From assembly GCA_964643045.1 (NCBI GenBank), contig CAZXSC010000003.1, positions 1,993 to 65,992 on the forward strand: 64,000 bases of DNA, written 5' to 3'. Below the pieces are notes generated by a model that was not told the origin of the DNA, ran no database searches, and was given only the letters and a program-made list of their open reading frames with translations. Position 1 is the stretch's first letter. Each line of letters starts with the position of its first letter. The DNA is from an uncultured Rhodospirillaceae bacterium (GTDB lineage Bacteria > Pseudomonadota > Alphaproteobacteria > Rhodospirillales > UBA2165). The position numbers and the translations under genes were made by a program. Positions 59,514-64,000 of this stretch are shown one piece after another.

Positions 59514-60380
59514 ATGCAACGGACAAATCCAATGCTTGGAATAGGCCTGATGACAATAGCCATGTTGGCCAATGCTTCAAAAGATGGCATCGCCAAATTT
59601 CTAATATCAAGCTACTCGCCGGTCACAGTTGCCTTCGTTCAATTCATAGCGACGTCACTGATACTCTTACCCTTCGTCATTCAAACAAGTGGTATTCGTT
59701 CGCTTGTTCCCGATTACATATTTCCACAGGTTTTGAGAAGCATTTTTCTAACCCTCGCATCGGGATTCTTTTATTGGTCCCTCAATTTCATTCATGTCGC
59801 CGATGCCACAGCCATGGTGTTTGTTTCACCCTTAATCGTGACTACTTTTTCACCATTCTTACTTGGTGAACCAATCGGTTTTCGTAGAACTATTGCTGTT
59901 ATCATCGGCTTTATAGGAGTCCTTATAATTTTACAACCAACCCTGGAAGGAGATCGAACAGGTTACTTTATTGCTTTAGCTGCCGGAACCTTTATCGCAG
60001 CTTATTTCATTGCCAACAGAAAACTATCAAGCGCAGCGCCTATTCTTACCTCGACGTTCTATAGTTCTTGGATTAGCATCGTATTACTAGCACCAGTGGC
60101 TTGCTTTTTTTGGACCCCTCCGGCTGCAGATGACATATGGTTTTTATTTGGATTCACTATCTTCGCAACACTGGGTCAGGTTTTTCAGATTGGGGCCTTT
60201 AGTTTGGCCGCAGCCAGTATAATCGCCCCCTTTATTTATACCCAAATAATTTGGGCGACTATAATAGGCTACATGTTTTTCTCAGCCTTTCCGGATAACT
60301 GGAGCTGGATTGGTATTGCTATTGTAGTTGCAACAGGTGTTTATATTGCAGTGCGGGAAATAAATCTGGAAAGGGACTGA
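59514..60380 (+). CDS. DMT-superfamily (EamA) transporter
   Basis: 288 aa with about 10 TM segments. Lies 6 nt after the preceding EamA gene. Confidence 0.85.
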   Translation: MQRTNPMLGIGLMTIAMLANASKDGIAKFLISSYSPVTVAFVQFIATSLILLPFVIQTSGIRSLVPDYIFPQVLRSIFLTLASGFFYWSLNFIHVADATAMVFVSPLIVTTFSPFLLGEPIGFRRTIAVIIGFIGVLIILQPTLEGDRTGYFIALAAGTFIAAYFIANRKLSSAAPILTSTFYSSWISIVLLAPVACFFWTPPAADDIWFLFGFTIFATLGQVFQIGAFSLAAASIIAPFIYTQIIWATIIGYMFFSAFPDNWSWIGIAIVVATGVYIAVREINLERD

Positions 60381-60384
60381 TAAA

Positions 60385-60834
60385 ATGGATTTGGTTTTAG
60401 CGTTTGAAGCTTCGGTCAACTTGGCACCGATCAAAGATCTGGGTAACACGCCAGCTGGGCATAGAAAAATTGTTGATATTTTCGGTGGCACGGTAACCGG
60501 TCCCAAGCTTCAGGGCAAAATACTACCAGGCGGTGCAGATTGGCAGTACATTCGCGAGGACAATGTAACCTTTCTTGATGCTCGCTACACAATTGAAGCC
60601 GATGACAATGCGCTAATTTATGTCAGCAATCAGGGTTACCGCCATGGTCCGAAAGAGATTATGGAGAGACTGAAACGCGGGGAAACGGTGGAAGATGACA
60701 GCTATTATTTCAGATGCACCCCGTGGTTTGAAACGTCTGCACCGCAGTACGACTGGCTTAACCGCACCATATTTATCGCAACTGGTGGACGCGATCCCGA
60801 TGCCGTAAGGCTCTCATTTTTCGAAGTTACATAA
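60385..60834 (+). CDS. DUF3237 (UPF0311) family protein
   Basis: 149 aa. 'GHRKIVDIFGGTVTGPKLQGKILPGGADWQ' and 'LDARYTIEADDNALIYV' are characteristic of DUF3237. Lies 4 nt after the second EamA gene. Confidence 0.8.
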   Translation: MDLVLAFEASVNLAPIKDLGNTPAGHRKIVDIFGGTVTGPKLQGKILPGGADWQYIREDNVTFLDARYTIEADDNALIYVSNQGYRHGPKEIMERLKRGETVEDDSYYFRCTPWFETSAPQYDWLNRTIFIATGGRDPDAVRLSFFEVT

Positions 60835-60972
60835 ACCTGTACAAATCAACAAGCCGACCTAACCATTACGTGTAAAACAATTTAACTTGTGCAAGAAGTT
60901 GCCATTATGCAACATTCACAAACCTGAAATTGCTGACCCCCCAAGCCGCGGTCTATTACAGGAGTATTACAG

Positions 60973-62592
60973 ATGCCCGACGCTTATGAAGAACTCGAGC
61001 AGGTCAAGGCCAACTTCGTGCCCCTGTCACCATTGAGCTTTATTGAACGTACGGCTCGAGTATACCCGAACCGTCTGTCGGTCATTCATGGAGGGCGACG
61101 CTATACATGGTCGGAGACTTACGCCCGGGCGAGCCAATTAGCAGATGCACTTAATAAACAGGGCATCCGCAAAGGGGATACGGTTGCCATTATGGGTGCT
61201 AACACGCCCGAAACTTATGAAGCGCATTTTGGCGTTCCAATGGCCGGTGCTGTTTTAAATGCATTGAATATCCGGCTCGATGCGACGACCATTGCTTTTA
61301 TACTGGATCATGGCGAAGCCAAGATTCTTCTGACTGATAAAGAATTCTCTTCAACCATTAAAGAAGCTCTTGCGAAATGCTCGTCTTCACCACTGGTGAT
61401 TGACATCGACGATGTCCTAGCCCCGGGCGGCGACCTAATAGGGGAAATGACCTATGAACAGTTTATTGATATGGGAGATCCGGAATACAATTGGCATTTA
61501 CCTGAAGATGAGTGGCAGGCTTTATCGTTAAATTATACTTCCGGAACAACAGGCAATCCCAAGGGCGTAGTTTACAGTCATCGTGGCGCCTATATGAATG
61601 CAATTGGCAATGCGATGGCGTGGAATTTAAACCAACGACCGGTTTATCTCTGGACATTGCCAATGTTTCATTGCAATGGGTGGTGCTTTCCCTGGACTAT
61701 TGCCGCTTACGGCGGCACGAACGTCTGTCTTCGCAATGTCAGTGCCAAAGGAATTTACGCTGCAATCGCAGAGCACAAGGTGGACCATTTTTGTGGCGCG
61801 CCAATCGTGTTAGGCATGATCGTTAATGCCACAAAAGACGAAATAAAATCATTTGATTATACCGTAGAAGTAATGACCGCCGGCGCACCTCCCCCCGCAG
61901 CAATCCTACAATCCATCAGCGCGGCAGGGTTTCGGGTGACACATGCCTATGGTCTGACCGAAACCTACGGCCCTGCAACAGTTTGTGCCTGGCAGGATGA
62001 CTGGGATGATCTCCAGGACAGCGAAAAAGCCGCCATGAATGCTCGCCAAGGAGTCAACTATGCGGTTCTCGACAAGCTGGGTGTAATTGACCCGAAAACC
62101 ATGCAACCGGTTCCTGCTGACGGAGAAACCATGGGAGAAGTTATGTTCAGAGGAAATAATGTGATGAAAGGATATTTAAAAAATCCAAGCGCAACCGAGG
62201 ATGCTATGACCGGTGGATGGTTCCATTCCGGAGATCTTGGGGTATTGCACCCAGATGGCTATATACAGCTAAAAGATCGCTCCAAGGATATTATCATTTC
62301 AGGTGGCGAGAACATATCTTCGATCGAAGTCGAGAACACACTTTACATGCACCCCGATGTATTAGCCGCTGCAGTTGTCGCAAAGGAAGACGAAAAATGG
62401 GGAGAAACCCCTTGCGCCTTTATCGAACTGAAACCAGATTCAGATATCGTGACCGAAGAACAAATTATCGAATTCTGCCGGAAAAATCTTGCACACTTTA
62501 AATGTCCGAGACACGTCATCTTTGAAGAACTGCCTAAAACCTCAACAGGCAAAATTCAAAAGTTCGTGTTGCGTGAACGTGCCAAGGAATAG
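60973..62592 (+). CDS. AMP-forming acyl-CoA synthetase (short/medium-chain acid:CoA ligase clade)
   Basis: 539 aa with AMP-binding motifs 'LNYTSGTTGNPKGVVYSHRG', 'YGLTETYG', 'GWFHSGDLG' and 'PKTSTGKIQK'. The N-terminal 'ANFVPLSPLSFIERTARVYPNR' resembles plant AAE7-like ligases. Confidence 0.9.
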   Translation: MPDAYEELEQVKANFVPLSPLSFIERTARVYPNRLSVIHGGRRYTWSETYARASQLADALNKQGIRKGDTVAIMGANTPETYEAHFGVPMAGAVLNALNIRLDATTIAFILDHGEAKILLTDKEFSSTIKEALAKCSSSPLVIDIDDVLAPGGDLIGEMTYEQFIDMGDPEYNWHLPEDEWQALSLNYTSGTTGNPKGVVYSHRGAYMNAIGNAMAWNLNQRPVYLWTLPMFHCNGWCFPWTIAAYGGTNVCLRNVSAKGIYAAIAEHKVDHFCGAPIVLGMIVNATKDEIKSFDYTVEVMTAGAPPPAAILQSISAAGFRVTHAYGLTETYGPATVCAWQDDWDDLQDSEKAAMNARQGVNYAVLDKLGVIDPKTMQPVPADGETMGEVMFRGNNVMKGYLKNPSATEDAMTGGWFHSGDLGVLHPDGYIQLKDRSKDIIISGGENISSIEVENTLYMHPDVLAAAVVAKEDEKWGETPCAFIELKPDSDIVTEEQIIEFCRKNLAHFKCPRHVIFEELPKTSTGKIQKFVLRERAKE

Positions 62593-63816
62593 ATGTCAAT
62601 ATCTGGACACAGTCAACTTATCCTTATTGCTGGTGCCGGACCCGTTGGTTTGATAGCAGCACTTAAGCTCTCGCAAGCTGGCATTCCGGTCACAGTTTTT
62701 GAAAAAGAAGACCGTCTGCTGGATGACCCTCGGGCGGCCACGACCCACCCGGCAACCCTAGAAATGCTTGATGAGATTGGAATGGCTGATGAAGTAGAAA
62801 AACAGGGTCTTGTCTGCGATGAATTTTATTTCTGGGATCGACCAACCGACGAAATTGTTGCAAGGTTCAACCACCATCTCCTCGCGGACGAAACCAAATT
62901 TCCCTATGTGGTCCAATGCGAACAGTTCAAGCTTGCACGGATAGCATTAACTAAACTTCAAAAATTTAAGGATACAACAGTCCTATTTTCCCATGAAGTC
63001 ACTGGCGCAAAACAGGACTCAGACAAAGTCTCCGTTGATGTCATAGGACCCAATGGAACCGAGAAGGTTATCGGCGCTTATTTAATTGGCTGTGATGGGG
63101 GGCGGAGCACAATCCGCAAGGAGAGCGGGATTAACTTTGAGGGATTTACCTATCCCGAACGTTTCGTCGTATATTCGACACCCTTTGACTTTGAAAAAGC
63201 GCGAGGGTGCTGTTACCGTAACTATTACGCGGATCCAGATGAATGGAGCAATTTATTCAAAGTAGCCGGAGACGGGCCGCCAGGACTTTGGCGTGCCGTA
63301 TTTCCCACAGATATGTCACAAACCGACGAGGAAGTCATGAACGACGAGGCGGTCCAAATCCGTATGCAGAAATTTTTCCCAAAGAACGGTGACTATGACA
63401 TTGTACACCAAAATGTGTATACAATTAATCAGCGCGTAGCTGCAACATTCCGACAGGGAAGAATTTTACTGGCAGGAGATTCAGCTCACCTGAATAATTC
63501 AATTGGCGGCATGGGTTTGAATGGTGGTATCCACGATGCCATCAACGCCTCTGATAAACTAATCAAAGTTTGGCGTAACGAGGCCGACGAAACAGCTCTT
63601 AACATTTATGACGTGCAACGCCGCACAACAACTCATGAGTTTACACAAGCGCAAACCATTGCAAATAAAAAACGTCTTGAAGCCAAAGATCCTGAAACCC
63701 GAGAGAAAAATTTAGCCGAACTCCGGCGGATCGCAGCGGACCCGGTACGGGCCAAGAATTTTATGATGGGTACTTCGATGTTGTCCGCAGTTCGCCGTGC
63801 CGCTACATTGGGCTAG
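62593..63816 (+). CDS. FAD-dependent (group A-like) monooxygenase
   Basis: 407 aa with 'IAGAGPVGLIAALKLSQAGIPVTVFE', 'GCDGGRSTIR' and 'LAGDSAHLNNSIGGMGLNGGIHDA'. The ATG directly follows the ligase stop. Confidence 0.85.
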   Translation: MSISGHSQLILIAGAGPVGLIAALKLSQAGIPVTVFEKEDRLLDDPRAATTHPATLEMLDEIGMADEVEKQGLVCDEFYFWDRPTDEIVARFNHHLLADETKFPYVVQCEQFKLARIALTKLQKFKDTTVLFSHEVTGAKQDSDKVSVDVIGPNGTEKVIGAYLIGCDGGRSTIRKESGINFEGFTYPERFVVYSTPFDFEKARGCCYRNYYADPDEWSNLFKVAGDGPPGLWRAVFPTDMSQTDEEVMNDEAVQIRMQKFFPKNGDYDIVHQNVYTINQRVAATFRQGRILLAGDSAHLNNSIGGMGLNGGIHDAINASDKLIKVWRNEADETALNIYDVQRRTTTHEFTQAQTIANKKRLEAKDPETREKNLAELRRIAADPVRAKNFMMGTSMLSAVRRAATLG

Positions 63817-63834
63817 TGGTATATCGAGGAGTTT

Positions 63835-64000
63835 ATGATGAGCGATTTGGACATCTATGAAAAACAGAATTTTGGCAACTCGAGCGGCATTGGGCAATCA
63901 CCCGCTCTTTTAATAATCGACTTTGTCAATGGCTTTACCGATCCCGAACAATTTGGCGGTGGTAATATTGTGGAGGCCATAGAAAAAACCGCTGAATTGC
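63835..64000 (+). CDS. isochorismatase-family hydrolase (amidase-like), 5' fragment truncated by window end
   Basis: ATG at 63835 after 'GAGGAG'. The translation 'MMSDLDIYEKQNFGNSSGIGQSPALLIIDFVNGFTDP' has the 'ALL(I/V)ID..N.F' start of isochorismatase/N-carbamoylsarcosine amidase-like proteins. Confidence 0.65.
   Translation, partial: MMSDLDIYEKQNFGNSSGIGQSPALLIIDFVNGFTDPEQFGGGNIVEAIEKTAEL

Overview
This 64-kb window looks like conserved chromosomal DNA, not an accessory island. Gene content and synteny suggest a moderately AT-rich alphaproteobacterium: hflK-hflC-DUF2065-degP, PuuD/PuuE-type purine catabolism, and cob-type B12 genes. This taxonomic call is an inference. About 60 CDS are packed almost without gaps, and many have 1-4 nt start/stop overlaps that suggest operons.

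Layout, left to right:
(1) 0.1-16.4 kb: a QueG/reductive-dehalogenase-like Fe-S protein, ilvC, ilvN-ilvB, miaA, an LLM flavin oxidoreductase plus a gentisate-dioxygenase-like bicupin, DUF1015, degP-DUF2065-hflC-hflK, mrp/apbC, and a COG0523 GTPase co-oriented with an exostosin-like protein.
(2) 16.4-40.5 kb: a 24-kb cobalamin island in several transcription units. It contains cobD, cobB, cobA, cbiD, cobK, cobM, a cbiG-cobJ fusion, cobI, cobL, cobH, cbiX, cbiB, cobQ, cobO, cobN, cobW, cobU, cobC, cobS, cobT and cbtA-cbtB. One recognisable cobalamin riboswitch sits in front of cbtBA.
(3) 40.7-41.3 kb: ubiX.
(4) 41.5-57.6 kb: purine uptake and complete purine-to-glyoxylate catabolism. Genes are an NCS2 permease, guaD, a BMP-type ABC transporter, xdhAB, puuD, uraH, puuE, uraD, alc and allA.
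(5) 57.7-64 kb: an SDR, two EamA/DMT transporters, DUF3237, an AMP-forming acyl-CoA ligase, an FAD monooxygenase, and an isochorismatase-like gene cut by the window end.

I saw no rRNA, tRNA, CRISPR array, transposase, integrase, phage or recognisable defence genes. I see no clear-cut novel system.

The most unusual points are:
- The B12 island mixes early-cobalt (CbiX, CbiG, CbiD) and late-cobalt (CobN, CobW) hallmarks.
- A COG0523 metallochaperone is paired with an orphan exostosin-like protein.
- An uncharacterised transporter/DUF3237/CoA-ligase/monooxygenase/amidohydrolase module sits at the right end.

All functional calls rest on motifs and family resemblance recognised by eye. No searches were run.
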